Source: Vitrella brassicaformis CCMP3155
Taxonomy: Eukaryota > Protista > Chromerida
DNA: 64,000 nucleotides
Assembly (NCBI GenBank): GCA_001179505.1
Contig: CDMY01000447.1
Location: 186,001 to 250,000 of the forward strand
Reading direction: 5' to 3'
Shown: positions 36,560 to 50,862 of the stretch, one piece after another
Layout: each line of letters opens with the position of its first letter
How positions within the stretch are numbered: position 1 is the first letter of the stretch
Program-made: the position numbers and the translations under genes
Notes under the pieces: generated by a model
Database searches by the model: none
What the model saw: only the letters and a program-made list of their open reading frames with translations
Told to the model about the DNA's origin: nothing

Positions 36560-39500
36560 TCAGCCGCCTGTGGTCTTGAGAATGAAGCACCCCACAGGGC
36601 AGCTGAAGGTGGCCTTGGCCCGCTCCAGGTCGCAGTCGAGCGACGTCGTCCATCGCAACGGCTGCAGCCCATCTGGCCTCCCTCCCTGCGCATGATGGGC
36701 GGTGGGCGTCTTGTCCTCCTCGTGCTGCAGGTTCGTCAGCTCCTTCTTGCCCGCCATCATGCTCAGATACCTGCCAGACAGATCCAATCCCGGCAAACAC
36801 GGTGGGTGCTGTGGGTGGTGTGGGGGGTCGTGTCATTTCATGTACCTGGCGGCGTCTCCCGTGCCAGTGAGGATGACGATCAAGGAGTTGGCCGGCGCCG
36901 CATCGTAGAGGCGCCTCACGTGCCCCTCGATGGCTCGAAGGCACGACTGACGGGCGTCGGATGGCAGCGGGGGAAACAGGGCGCGGGAATCACGCTGAAT
37001 CGCCTCCAGATCTATGTCAACACACACAGCAGAGCAGCGATGCCTCTGCGCTGTTGTCATCTTGCTCATCCGGCCATGTGTGTACCGATGTCATTGCTGC
37101 GCGGGCTGCCGTCGCCCTGCCCGTCGTCCATGGCACCCTCCCTCTCCCTCTCCCTGTTCTTGTCCTTGTCCTTGTGCAGCGGCTCGAGCCCATCCCTCAC
37201 CCTCTGGTACACGTGCACCACCCGCTTGACGCGATGGTTGAAGGTGTAGAGCTTGCCCGTGTCCATCCCAACATTGGCCGAACACAGCCGCTGGTAGTCA
37301 CGCAACACGCACACCGACACACGGGGCACACAACCGGCCGCCGCGCTGGCACCGAGTGCGTGTGCTTGTGGGGGTGAGCGTTTGCCAGAGCCGTTCTTCT
37401 TGCAGGGGGGTGTGAGTTCCATGGCGCTGGGCAGGTCGGGGGGAGAGGGGGAGTGTGTGTGGGTGGCGGACGAGAGGCGGCGCTGCAGGGCCTCCATGTG
37501 GTTGACCGTCTCGGCGTCAGATTCCGTTTGGATGGCCTTCACACCCTGCACACATCCAGACAGACAGATAACACACAGGATATCACACGACATGATGCAG
37601 TGAGTGTCTCCTCTGTCTCGTCTCACTCTCCCTGGCCTGATAGATCTTACCTGGAACATGGGTCCGATCAGCGTGTGCTTCATCCTGTGTGGGACCGAGT
37701 CGCACAGCACCACCCGATCCGTCGGCTCAAACGCCACACCTCCCACACCAACCTCACCACCCAACACGCATCCCCCGCCACCACCATTGCCCATCGTCGA
37801 CCGCCCTTCATGATCCTCTTTTGCAATCGTCAACGACTGCAGAGTGTTGGCTGCCCCCGAGAGGGGGCCGGCCTGTGAGGAAGTTGATGCGCATGCGCAT
37901 GGGGCGGGCACCGTGGATGAGAAGGGCACTGGGGCGTTGGGTGCCAGGGAGCCGCCGAAGCCGGGGCCGTTTTCCAGCTTGAGGATGGCCAGCCGGAGGG
38001 CGGCCTTGGCGTCCTCGACTGAGTCGTGTCCGTCTTTCCTATCGAGACCCTCCTTGTGAAGATACGTCTTGACCTGCATGAACCCATGCAGCACTCAGCC
38101 AGACAGACACACAGACGAGGTGGGGGAGGTGTTGTGTTGTGTTGTATGGTGGAAGGGCTGCGTACGAGGTATTGCAGAGATGACTTGTTTGGCGGCCTGG
38201 GGTGGGGGTAGAGGAGGGCCGTGTCCAACACACGGGTGTGCACCAGACGGAGATACCTATGTGTGTGTCGTGTACGACAGCAGAAGGATCCACCATCAGG
38301 CCGTGTCTCTATCTTTGTGCGGCGGCTCACGTGAGATCGTTTTCCATTGAGTGTCCGACGAGTATGGCGTCATGGGGCAGGGCGCGACGCATCTCCTCGT
38401 GCACGTCAGACAGACCCGTTGTCACATCTACCAAAATGACGATAGATACACAAACCAAACAATCGACAAGTGGGTAACCCATCCCTTCTCCCTCCCTCCT
38501 TTTCCTTGCGTCCCTCTGCTCACCTTTGAGGGTCTCCTCAGAGATGCCGCTGTATCTGGTGAGGTAGTCTGTGACCTTGCCCGCTGGCCTGACAAACGTG
38601 TCCACCACCGTCTCCCACCGCACATTGACGATCGACACCCGCGTGATCTCCATCCCATTCTCCGTCTCACACATCTCGCAGTCAAGACCGAACAGCTTCG
38701 CGTGGTCAGGATCGTCCTCTATGCGGTCCAGCAGCTGGGTGGGCTCGGCGTCTGCAGCAGAGGCCTGCTGCTGCTCGCCGTCCAGCACGATAAAGCCACT
38801 TGGAGGGTTGCGTGACGTCGGGGGATCTGCAGAGGTGAGAAAAGCGTCTGGTGCATTGATTGGCAGTGGCTGGTGCGTTGCGTACCGAATGCGGGATAGC
38901 CATTGGCGCGGAGGTCATCGGGGGAGGGGAAGTAATGGCGCACCGGGGGCACCCGACGGGGAGGGGCCGACTTGTCCTGTTTGTTTCTCATCTGCGGCGG
39001 CCGACGACTGTCCTCTGGCTTGACAGCGTGATACGTCAACAGGCGCTGACAGGGCACGGACACACAGACACGATATGACCAAGAGTGGGCTGGCTAAATC
39101 GGTGTCACACGTTCATCCCCCCTCCACACGCATCGCATCGCACCGACCTCCACAAAGGAGCACCCGGCATTCCTGTCGACTGGCTCGTAGCGCCTGCAAC
39201 ACAAACAAAACAGAAACCACCAAACATCCAACGAACAAGCCAAGCCCCGTCTATCTCTCTCTCTCGTGGTCTGGTCTGCTGCATCCATCCAGCCATACAT
39301 GGTGCATGCGGTTGGCTCGCCCCTGTTGACGGTCTTGAGCAGCTCCCTGAAGGCCTCTCTGAAGGTCAGCTGGTCCAGGTAGGGCACCATGACGACCAGC
39401 GCCTGGCTGACATCCACTGGGGAGAGGTCTATCCAGTCGCTGCCGTAGCCGTCCTTCTCCCGGTCCTTCATCGCCTGACGCATTTCGGGCGGCAGGAACG

Positions 39501-39845
39501 CCCTGCAGGAAGAACAAAGAGTCAAGAGGACGGGTGCAGGAGACCCGACAGGATGGGTGCATTGAGTTTGGCTGTATGCTATGGCTGACTGACCATCTGA
39601 TGAGGTTCTGCACGTCAGCCATGTCAGGCTTCATCTCGCCAAAGAACGGACCTCTTCCTCCCGGGTTGGTGCGGCGGAGATTCAGCTGCATGACATACAC
39701 ACAATGCATTGCATTGCACAGACACCACACAGGATGAAATGGGAGCGGTGATTGAGGTGCATCTGTTAGCACATGGATCTGTCCGCCTCACCACGACCGC
39801 GGGATTTTCCCGTTCTTGCGCGGATCTCTTCTTGTTCTTGCCCAT
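36560..39845 (-). CDS. DEDDh 3'-5' RNA exonuclease, REX1/REXO1-REXO5-like
   Basis: FGLDCEMCET...TRVSIV, TDYLTRYSGI, ILVGHSMENDL, VLDTALLYPHP, SSLQYLV, GHDSVEDAKAALRLAILKLENGPGFG. Confidence 0.92.
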
Positions 39846-40043
39846 TGCGCCTCTGGGAACACCACAGGTTTGTTTCCGACTCCTGCCGTCCCGACGCTCA
39901 CCCACCGCTGCGAGCTCAGAGACTTGCTCGCAACTGCAGATCTGTCGTCCCTACTTTGCGTCACCGCAGCGCTCGTCACCAACATCACGTGACCTCTCGC
40001 AGCCTCATTTGCCTCTCTGTTCATCGCATATCCTGAGGCGGTG

Positions 40044-40854
40044 ATGACGCCCGCGAACAAGAAGACCGAGGTGACGTGCATCATGGCCGCCGGCGGGCAG
40101 CCGCTCGTCATATTCCGCCACAAGACGTCGCTCATCATCTGTGGCGGTCTCGCCAACGTGAGCCTGGACCACATCCACGTCAAGCCTGCCAAGGCCATGC
40201 TGCTGTTCGCTGCCAGTGGGGCTGACGGACGCAAGGACACCATCAACCTCCAGCCTGCTCAGCTCGAGATGAGTGGAGGTGGCGGCCTTGTGCTGCTGGG
40301 TGGAGACGCCTCGAGGGCAAGATCAAGACGCTGAGCGCTGCAAGTGGTCACCAGGCGGTGTTTGAGGGCATCTACGATGTGGCCGACATTGGCAGGTACG
40401 TGAGAGAGAAACACACGAGAGAGAAATACACATACTGTACGGGGCCAACGCAAGCGACGGTGTGTCTTCTCCTCTCCCACCCTTCAGTGTTGTTGCGGTT
40501 CATGGCGACGGTTCGCTGACGCTCTGCCTCGCGAAGAATGGCCTGGTGTTCCCTCAGGTCGAGGGGCCCGCAACCGACCCCACGGATATCGTCATCAAGG
40601 CCAAGGGCTACGACATCAAGGGCGAGAGCTGCAACACCACCCAGGACCAGGACGGCTACCACGTCTTCGAGACCACCGTCCGCCCCAGCGACACCAAGAC
40701 ACTGACGCTGACCCTCAGCCCCACCACGGCAGACAGCGATGCGGCCTCCCCTTCTGACAACCACAACCACAACCACAACGGCAACGGCAACGGCGATGAC
40801 ACGGCGTCTGACAAGGCGGACCCTTCCTACACCGTCGACCCCGACAACGAGTGA
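40044..40854 (+). CDS. Hypothetical beta-rich protein with an apparent 1-nt frameshift near 40305
   Basis: Coding-like GC3 bias and one GT-AG intron (about 40396-40486). Frame 1 stops at 40334 while the shifted frame reads RLEGKIKTLSAASGHQAVFEGIYDVADIG into the splice donor. Confidence 0.5.
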
Positions 40855-42967
40855 GGGAGAGGGAGAGGGAGGGAGAGGGAGAGGGGGAGGGGGGGGATAT
40901 ATATTGGCAGAGAGAATGAGATGGGGGTAGGCTCCATTGCCGACACGTGTGTCGTTTTGAGCGATGTGGCGACCAGTGAGGGATGCGGGGAGAAATCAAG
41001 TGAGGATATAGCGACACATACGTTTTGTCTTGTTGGCCTTCGTTCCCATTCGTTCGTGTGCCTAGAGGTTAGGTTCTTTTGTTAGCAGCCAGCAGGGTTT
41101 TTGAGTCCTTGCCTTTTGCAGGCAGGCGGGCCAGGCCTTCTCCTCTCTAGTGAGTGTGCATCGACCGACCCTTTGTCGTGTGTGGCCTGTGTACAGAGAG
41201 GATGGCTGTTTCTGGATTCTAAGACAATATGGAGAAGAGAGGTATCACATGTGCTCTTGTGTCCAAGGGGAGAGAAATGCTGGGGTGCTGTGTGTATGTG
41301 TATATATACTTCCGCTTTATCTACTGGCTTTCCGTGCGTTGTGTGTCTATACTTCATACAGAATCGGCTTTCTCTTCTGATCTGTCTGCTGTAGACGGTG
41401 GCCGCTGGACAGTCACGAACAAACACGAGAGACAGACATGTGCACGCGCACACATCCGAGCAAATACGATACAGCGAGACAACTACATGTAGGTGCCCTG
41501 GCGAACGCCACAAAGGACAAAGAAAACCCTCAGATAATTTAAGCAACTTGCGGGCAACGCGTCAAGCTTCCACGATGACAAGAGACAGCCTGCCTGAATG
41601 ACACACACATTTTCACATGAGCGCCTTCTCACCTACCCTACCTGCCCTCTCGTCTCGTCTCGTCTTACCTGGTCTTTGGCCAAGCTCGTCGCGCACGAAG
41701 GCCTCCTTCCTTCCGACCTTGGCGCACGTAGACGCTCGAGGGCAAGGATTCGACACGAGTCGACGGCGTCGAGGATGCGTTGATTGTGCGCGACTTTCGT
41801 CTCGGCTTGGCGGCAACAATGCTGCACAATGCCAATGCAGTCAAGAGAGAGCAGTTGTGAATCCATTGATTGATGCCGTCTCTGCAGCTATATATCGCTG
41901 ACTGACCTCTCGACATAATAAACCCGCCTAAGACATGTCAATCGGCTTCTGACATACATACATACATCAAAAGACAAGTGTACCATCAAGACGATTGTGT
42001 GCCTCACCCACTTTGTCAGGTGAATGAATGGACTAAGGCGGCAGCGACATGCCGTTTGTCGCCGACAATGCAATGCACGACAGACAATACATTACATAAG
42101 GAGGCCCTCCCTGCACACATATACATATCGGAGACACACATCTCGATTGAATGCTCTGTGTCTCTGCTTGTCTATGTATGTACCTACCTGTCTGTGTGGT
42201 ACATAGTGTTCTAAGGATGGCGCAGCGCCATCAACCCAGACGTGTCTGTGTGTGTGTGTGACGCAGTTCGTTTCACGAGAGACCGACAGACTCTGCCTGC
42301 CGTTGCGCTATGAGTTAACGTATGTCACACAGACGTGTCTGTCCGCCATAGATGGCCGAATGGCCCACATGTCACTCTGATCACATCACACGCCCACACA
42401 CATACATTCACACACGCACGCAGCTGGTTGCATGCTCCTAGCCGTGCGTATGCTGCTGACCGAGGTCAAATGCGATTCGCCACCAAGCATATGGAGGCAG
42501 CAAAGGACACCACCATGATACATATGAATAGTATCGCCAGCCAGCAAGAAGCGATGAACATCACCAAACAGACACATTTCCACCCAGCAGGCAAGGCAGG
42601 TAGGCAACAGGAATGGGGAGGGAAGGGGAGGTGGGAGGGTGACAGACAAATTAGGGAGGGGAGAACTCGGCAGGCCGAGGGGCCCGAGAAAACCGGTCGC
42701 GCCGAGGTCTTGGTTGAAGCACTGGCGCCGCGACGCAGCTGACGGCAGGGAGCAGGGGGCTGGCCGGGGAGGGGGGGGGGGCTTGGGGAAGGAGACAAGT
42801 CAGAGGGCCACAGGAGAATGATGAGGAGGGGTGAACAGAGGCGATCGGAGGCCGCCGAAAGGGGGATGGGGGAGCAGAATGGGGAGGGGCCGAAGAGAAG
42901 ATCCGGAGGGGCGGGGGAAGGGGAGGGAAATGCTTCAAGGTGTTATGGTAGCCGGGCTCTGCTCTGC

Positions 42968-44981
42968 TCACACCGCTCCCTCCATGGCCGCCTCAAACAC
43001 CTCGTGATCCCACAGTGCCCGCTGTCGTGTCTCGTGCTGTTGCCAGCCCTCTGTTTCCTTCATCTCCACCTCTGTCCACTCCTCTTCCTCCCGAGCCGCT
43101 TCCTCTGCATTCAGCTCGTCTGCTTTTGACCCCTTTCGACGGAAAAACGATGAGAAAAAGCGCCGCCACCTTGACTGTGACACTTGAACGTCGTTCTGCT
43201 CTGCGTCGTTGCCAGCTACTCGGACCGCTGCTACCTCTGATGTTGCCTGGCTTTCCTCCATGCCCATCACGGGCTCCACACTGCTCACGTAAGGCGCACT
43301 CGGTTCCTCGGAGTGGCCGCTAAGACCAACTGGCGCGGACTGTATAAGCCAGGCAACGAGACACGTAGGACAAGTAAGAGACAGAATCTCTGTAGTACCA
43401 TGATCGAATCGTGGACCGCGAGAAGAGCCGTCAAAATGTCTTGCAGATGTGGCCGTTGAGATGGGTCCTCGTTGAGTGCTGCCTGCGCCACCTTGCTGAG
43501 CTTTGCTGCGACCTCTTTTGTCCATTGCAGCTCGGCTTCCTCCCTCTTATGAAGCGGCTTCACCTTCCTTCTAAATGTCTTGGCCATACCATCGGGTTCG
43601 AAGAGAGTCGGGACGAAGTCCTGCCATGTAAGGCAGTTGGTCAGGTCCATCCTGTCTGCCAGCCTCTCCTCCTCTTGCTCCGCCGCCTGCACCTCGTCCG
43701 GCCTCCCTCCCTCCTTTGCCTCTCGTATTTTGATGTCCCACTTGAGGTTCTTCTGTAATGTTACCATCTTATAGTTGTCCCCACTCACGTAGTAGCGAAT
43801 CCCGTGCCCCGCGCCCCAGCTGGCAGCAGTCGGCCCGATGTAGATCGCCGTCCTATCCCAGGTCATTGTCCCTCGGATCTGCATTGCGGCTGTCATGAAG
43901 TCCATCAAATCGTTGATGCGCACCATCTCCGCGGCCTCTTGGTCTGGCTGTGCCGCGCGTGTGTGATTGCACACAGCTCTCCATCTGCCTACGGACGTCT
44001 CAGGGGGGGCTGCAAAGGGCGTCAGAGCGAGGACCTGTAGCTGCTCCTCTTGGTCGCGGGCGTCTGTCGGCACTCTGGCTGCATATGGCCCGATAGATTC
44101 TCGGCACTCTTCTGGTGTCTCCTCTGCCTTGAGAGCATTGGCGAGGTCGATGATGAGGGCTCCAGGACATCTCCCCAAAGCCGGCAGCTGCGCGGGTGAA
44201 GGGGTTGAGGGGAGAAAACAGACAGACCGAAAGAAGTCCTCGTCTGTCAGAGCTCTCCATTTGAGCAGGACGTCATTGCCGAGGTTGTCCACCGCATAGA
44301 GGAGGGCTTGGGATATCGTTATGTGAGCCTGGAGAAAGAGACAGAGGGCCCGGACGCCTCTGGCCATGTGACTTCGGATGGCGGCCAGATCAGCTGCTGA
44401 GAGCGGCCCGCTGTATTTCTCTGAGATCTTGCGCAGATTGTGGAGACGGAGGGCATCTGAAATGTCAATGTATTCGTCCTTGTCCGGGTCCTTCCCGACT
44501 GCACACAATCCAACAGACACACACATGGCCTTTCCCTCCACATGTGCCTGGCTCGTCGCATCAACTTTGGCTTACGTTTTTGCAACGGCGTTACGATGAA
44601 AACGCATGGTCTCTCTGTCCTGTCAGATCCCTCGCCCGTGATGAGGGTGGCCGGCCTCTCAGGGTTGGTATAGGCGTAGCGAAGCGGCAAGAAACCCCTC
44701 TCCCTGATGTCCTCGACATCGCCCTGTCCCTTGTGCAAGTCACGAAGGTAGATCATCCGCTGTTCTTCTGCTTTGAGATAGGCGGCGAGGCTTTCGGCGC
44801 CCTTCCCGTCGAGCAACCTCACCTTGAAGGCGGCCTCCTCTTCCATGAACATGCCGCCGTACACTCGTGAGGAGCCGCGGTGCGTGGACTGCTGCGTCAT
44901 TGTGAACGTTCGTTGAACTTCCGCCCCCTGCGGCTCTCGGACGCTGATCTGCGTCGGCTGCGAGACGGGTATCATAGGCAT
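42968..44981 (-). CDS. Highly divergent protein kinase / pseudokinase; 3' end uncertain
   Basis: Subdomain-like motifs in the expected order: RGSSRVYGG, AAFKVRLL, AVDNLGNDVLL, IIDLANA, FAAPPE, AALNEDPSQRPHLQDIL. Confidence 0.65.
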
Positions 44982-45563
44982 GGCTGCAAAGCTCTGTGTG
45001 CGAACGAACGAACGAAGGAACGAACGAACGTGTGCCTTGGGTCGTCCGCGCGTCTCAGCCTGGGGCCCCCCAGGCCCCCCAGTCACGGTAGACGATTGCC
45101 CTCACATGGGGCTGTGAATGCGGTTCTACAAGGGAAAAGCCAAGATCTACGCCTCCCCGGAGAGAAGATCGCACGCGTTGACGGATCAGCAGCAAGCGGG
45201 AGATAGCATGACCTCACTGATGGTTTCCGTCGACGATCTTGCGTTCGGATGGGCGATGAACAACAAAGCTGCTATGATCCTCTGAACTGGCGGCGTTGCT
45301 GATAGTGGCTCACCATGACGACCTCACCTGCTGCCGGCAGACAGTGCCAGACACATCATCACTCCCATTGGCGGGTGATCCGAACGGGTAAGAAGCTGCA
45401 GAATGAGCCATCGATTCATCTCTCTCCTGCGTGGCTTTTTCTCCCAGCCTGTCAGCCTCCGCCCGCCTCACTGCTAAGGGCGATGGACTCCACCGGCTGA
45501 TGTGGGATTGTCACAGGTAAGGAGATCACATCTTGCATTCTCACCATCAATGTGCCGCTGTGA

Positions 45564-46228
45564 GTGGGGGCAGACATCGCCCGGGTGTCCACGGCCACCC
45601 AACATCGGCCGCCGTGGTCGCCAGCTGGTGCTGGCCGAGTACAAGACGGTGGTCAACAGGCCCTTGCGCCGCCCCATGCTCCTCGTCCGTCGCGCCCCAT
45701 CATGATGGCGCCCGTCCCCACCCATCGCCCTCCAACCTCTCATTTGGCCCCCAAAAAGCACAGGCCATGGTCTGGAAGATTGGGGCGCTCCTGCACGAGC
45801 CCTCCGCTGCCATGGCGGCCATCGATGAGTACTTGACGGGCGACTCGGTGCTGGGGCGCCGTGTGCGGGCGGCCGGGCTGCATTTCGTGAAGCAGGCGGC
45901 CACACGGACGAGCAGCAACCGGGAGGTGGTCGGGGGGACGCGGTATGTGCAGCACGAGGGAGGGGCGGACAGCACCAAGGTGACCGTACCGCCCTTGCAG
46001 TGCTTCGCCGTCAATGGGGGGCAGCGGGGGGGCGGCAAGCATCGGCGGCTGGGTGTGCGTGAGGTGGCGGGTGCACAAGGCCCGCTGGACGAGGCGGCCC
46101 GGCACGGCGTGGAGGGGGTGGTCAAGGGCTTCAAGGGCGATAGCTCGACTGCCAGATCCAGCAGCGGCAGCAGCTGGGGTACATCAACAACCTTGACCTG
46201 TTCGTGCCGCTGGGCATCAGCTGACTGA
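45564..46228 (+). CDS. Hypothetical protein or gene fragment
   Basis: Coding-like codon usage in MVWKIGALLHEPSAAMAAIDEYLTG...; no recognisable domain and the structure is unresolved. Confidence 0.3.
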
Positions 46229-47745
46229 CGTCTGGCCAGCCATGGTGGAGCGGAGGAGAAGGTGGAGAGAAACAGCGAGAGGCTTTGGCATATATCATCA
46301 TCTGAGAAGATGAAAGACAGTGGGGTGTGTGTGAGGGGGAGTCGTGGCTACCGTGTACTGGACTGGCACCGCCCCGTGTTGTCATTTCAAACAAGGAATT
46401 TCTGGCGAGTGTCTGTGTGATTCGTGTGTGCATGTTTCAGTAATAGACTTGTGTCGGAACCGTAGTGGTTGACGCGGACTTGCCGGTCGAGTGAATCGAA
46501 TTGTTGCGTTCGTTCGTTCGTGTCGCGAGCATGTGACAGCACATGCAGCCGTAGGGGAATGAAATGAATGTACTGAGTATAGTACACGCATTGCATTGAC
46601 AGACAGACAGACAGGTAGACAGCTCGCTGCATCCATCGTCCTTCAGCCAGACACGCACACAACAGACACACACGGGGAGTGGCCCGACAAACAGACAGAC
46701 AAATGGCCGCACCACACCCGTCCCATCCGAGTAAGCAACGTACACGCACAGCCAGGCACGCACATTCAGACAGTGAGTGAGTGTGTGAGTTGACGCCCAT
46801 CAAGTGAGTGCCTCTCGTCACCCGCCCACTTTCCCACATCCATCCATCAAGCTTTCTTAAATCGACCCAAAGAGGGAGGGAGGGAGGGAGGGGCGGACAG
46901 ACTGAGAGCAAAGCATATCAGGTTAGACCAAGCAAGGAGGCCCAAAAATTGGGGACGGATGAGTCAGCGAGTGAGGGAAGAAACCTCCGGCAAAATTCGC
47001 CACGTGCTGCGCCTGTCTGCCTACGTATCTTTCTCTTCAGGTTTCCTGCCTATTTCCTGGCTAACTGCGCAAGACAGGCATGTCTTGGGGTCATGGTGTG
47101 TGTGTGTGCTTCGTGCTTCGTGTGTGTGTGCGTGCGTGTGTGGGAGGGGCGGGGGGTGGGCACATGTATGTATATTCACAGGCAGGCAGGCAGACAGTGA
47201 TTATCAGTCTATGGCGGTCCGCTCCACACTCACATGCATCCACGCAGGGCAATGCAATGCACTGCGCAGCGGCAATCCACGAACGAAGAGTGCATCCGTA
47301 AAGGAAACAACGTCCCCAGTCGGTCGGTCGTCAATCAAGACAGCAGCCAGTCAGCAATCGGTCAGCCATTAGTCATTCAGCGCCCCCCTTGCTTGATACA
47401 GGCAGTGTGAAGGAACACCGTGGCTCGCGCAAAATCAACCCCATGTCAATCAACCGCAGCCAGCCAGCCAGGCAGGCAGGCAGGCACATCGATGTTGGCT
47501 CAGCCAGTCAGTGAGAGTGTCAGCCAGCCAGCAGCAAGGCTGTGCATGTGTGGGGGCAGAGAGAAGCATGGAGATGGAGAGGCCAGCCTGCCTGCCTGCT
47601 TCCATAGGTAGGCAGATGGAGAGGGACGGAGGGAGGGAGGGAAAGGAACAAGACATTGGTTGCACCACAGCGCCACAGCACGTGACGCAGCACTCGTGCA
47701 GTCATGCACACATAACTCCTCCCACAGCACAGCCGGTAGGTAGCG

Positions 47746-48792
<1,047 letters not shown>

Positions 48793-48847
48793 GGTGCCTT
48801 CACACGAAAATACGTACGCGAAAGGTTCCTCAAAACTTCAAGCAAAC

Positions 48848-48873
48848 TGCGAGCTCACTTTTTTGTGCGAGCT
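48848..48873. promoter_or_regulatory. Two TGCGAGCT motifs in the 103-bp CaM/ARM divergent promoter
   Basis: Motif at 48848-48855 and 48866-48873. The same octamer occurs upstream of gene starts at 8264, 16399, 18849, 24231, 39909 and 52306. Confidence 0.6.
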
Positions 48874-48895
48874 TAATCCCAGGTTCTCCTTTGCA

Positions 48896-50641
48896 ATGCC
48901 AGCAAAGGCAAATGGTGAGGCTCAGGGCCTGTTGACGTCCGTCGTTGTGGACGGCAGGAACTCAGACGCCAGTCCGAGGGAGGCCCCAGCAGCCGCACCA
49001 CGTCTCCCCTCTCGCTCGTCCAACAACCATTCTCGCTCGTCCAGCAGCCATGCAGCAGCGTCCAAGGCGGCCGCCCGGAAAGCGAGCCGCAGGGCGGCCC
49101 CTCGGGAGATAGAGGACAGCACGGCACGGAGCAGGCGGCTGCTGATTTCGCCAGAGGACCAGGAGAACCAACTGCTCAAGATAGCCTGTGTCCACGGCCC
49201 GGCGGCGCTGCTGACGTGTCTGCTGTCTCGCCAGGACGTGTGGTGGTGGGTGAGGATGGGACTCAGGGCGGTGGAGGTGGCCATTGGACCGAGACCCACA
49301 GATATACCATACGTATGCCATGGCAAGAAATATGATGGATGGGCCTTTTGTGGATATGCCTGTCTGTCTGTCTGTCTGTGTGTCTGTACAGGTGGATGAG
49401 TGTGACCCCACGGCGTATGCCCAGGAGATGATCGAGATGGGCTTCATGGAACCCCTCGTCGCGGTCCTCCTCGCTTATATCGCACCAGACAGCTACACCC
49501 AAAGCCCCAGACGAGCCCGGCCAAGCATCCTGCCGGCAGCTGATGAGCCTCAGCAACCGACAGACGCCCAGAAAGGCCCCGCCGCTGCCCCCACGGCATT
49601 GGCCAACATCCATCAGCAGCAGCAGCAGCAGCAGGCTGCGAAAGGCCCCAGGGTGAATCTGAATTTCATGGAGCTGCAGACGATTGGTCTCAAGATAGTG
49701 GAGAGGCTTGTGACGGACGACGTGCAATGGCGGACGGAGATATGTCGGGTGGGCGGGGTGCCGTGGCTGTGTGAGGTGGGCCGCGAGTACAGGGAAAGGG
49801 CCGCCGTGCTGTCAAGGGTTGTGGGGGTCATTGCTTTCCTCGCGGCCGAGGAGCCTCTGGAGGTGTTTCTGCAGCGCCATGACGCACTGGATCGGGTGCT
49901 GTACGCCATATGCGCGTTCCCTGACGACCGTGAGATGGTCACCAAGGCCTTGCTTGCCTTGTTGAACCTCACCAAAGCTCAGGGACATGTGCTGGAAGTC
50001 ATGGAGAGGGACCTTGGTCAGTGAGTGAGAGAGAGTGAGAGAGTGAGAGAGAGAGAGAGAGGTTCTCACTTTATTGTTCCCGCGCTTCTCTGTGCAGGGT
50101 TGCTTCCTGTGCTGGTGTTGGGTCGTCACTGGCACCTTGATGTGGCTATCATGACCATTCTGTGTGGTGTGCTGGCCCATCTGGCCTCCAACCCCTCATC
50201 CAGACAGACGCTCGTCGACAACAACATATTCGACACCCTCAAGTCGGCCCTCCGGCTGGACACGGCCAATGCCACCCTCCAGGTACCCGATATCTCATCA
50301 GCCGTGTGACGGTATGAATGGAGGCACGTACATGTGTGTGGTGTTGGCAGGCCGCAGCGCTCAAGGCTGTGGTGCCCTTTGCCTTGAACAAGGACTTCTG
50401 GACCAAAATGGAGGAGGAGGGTATCATCGACCTGGTCAGCGCTGAGCACGTGATGTGATGCCGGCAGAGAGACAGACATGCATGGTGCAAGCTGCATGTA
50501 TTGTGTTATCGACCCGTCTCACTGCGTCATCAGGTTGCGGCAGCCCTGGTTGAGCACCCGACCGATGTGGCGGTGATGAAATACGGCGAGTTCCTCATGC
50601 GGCCCGAGAAGCCTGGCCGATGCTTCACCGCACTCTCGTGA
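48896..50641 (+). CDS. Armadillo/HEAT-like repeat protein
   Basis: Helical repeats (CRVGGVPWLCEV; VLSRVVGVIAFLA; MVTKALLALLNLT; IMTILCGVLAHLAS; NNIFDTLKSALR) and GT-AG introns. Confidence 0.7.
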
Positions 50642-50862
50642 ATGGGAGAGGCAGGGAATCCTCCCTGTAAAGTGCGTGCGACGTTCGTACGCCTGTGACG
50701 TCTGCTGCCGCCTCCTGTGCAGTCGCATTCATGGATATGCATATTGGTTGAGTGTAGGGTGTGGCCACACACACGTGGACGTGTGATGTAACACACATAG
50801 CTCCACGCTGACCCATGTACTTGTGCAAACCATTGCTGCCAATCCATCCATCCATCCATCGA

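Noticed and set aside
46300-47700. Long (GACA)n/(GGCA)n/(CA)n-rich tract as a distinct element
   Set aside because: It matches the background simple-repeat content of convergent intergenic and 3' regions elsewhere in the window (13500-14700, 22450-22950).
49008-49050. 21-bp near-tandem repeat in the ARM gene
   Set aside because: An in-frame low-complexity Ser/Arg duplication in a disordered N-terminus; ordinary slippage.
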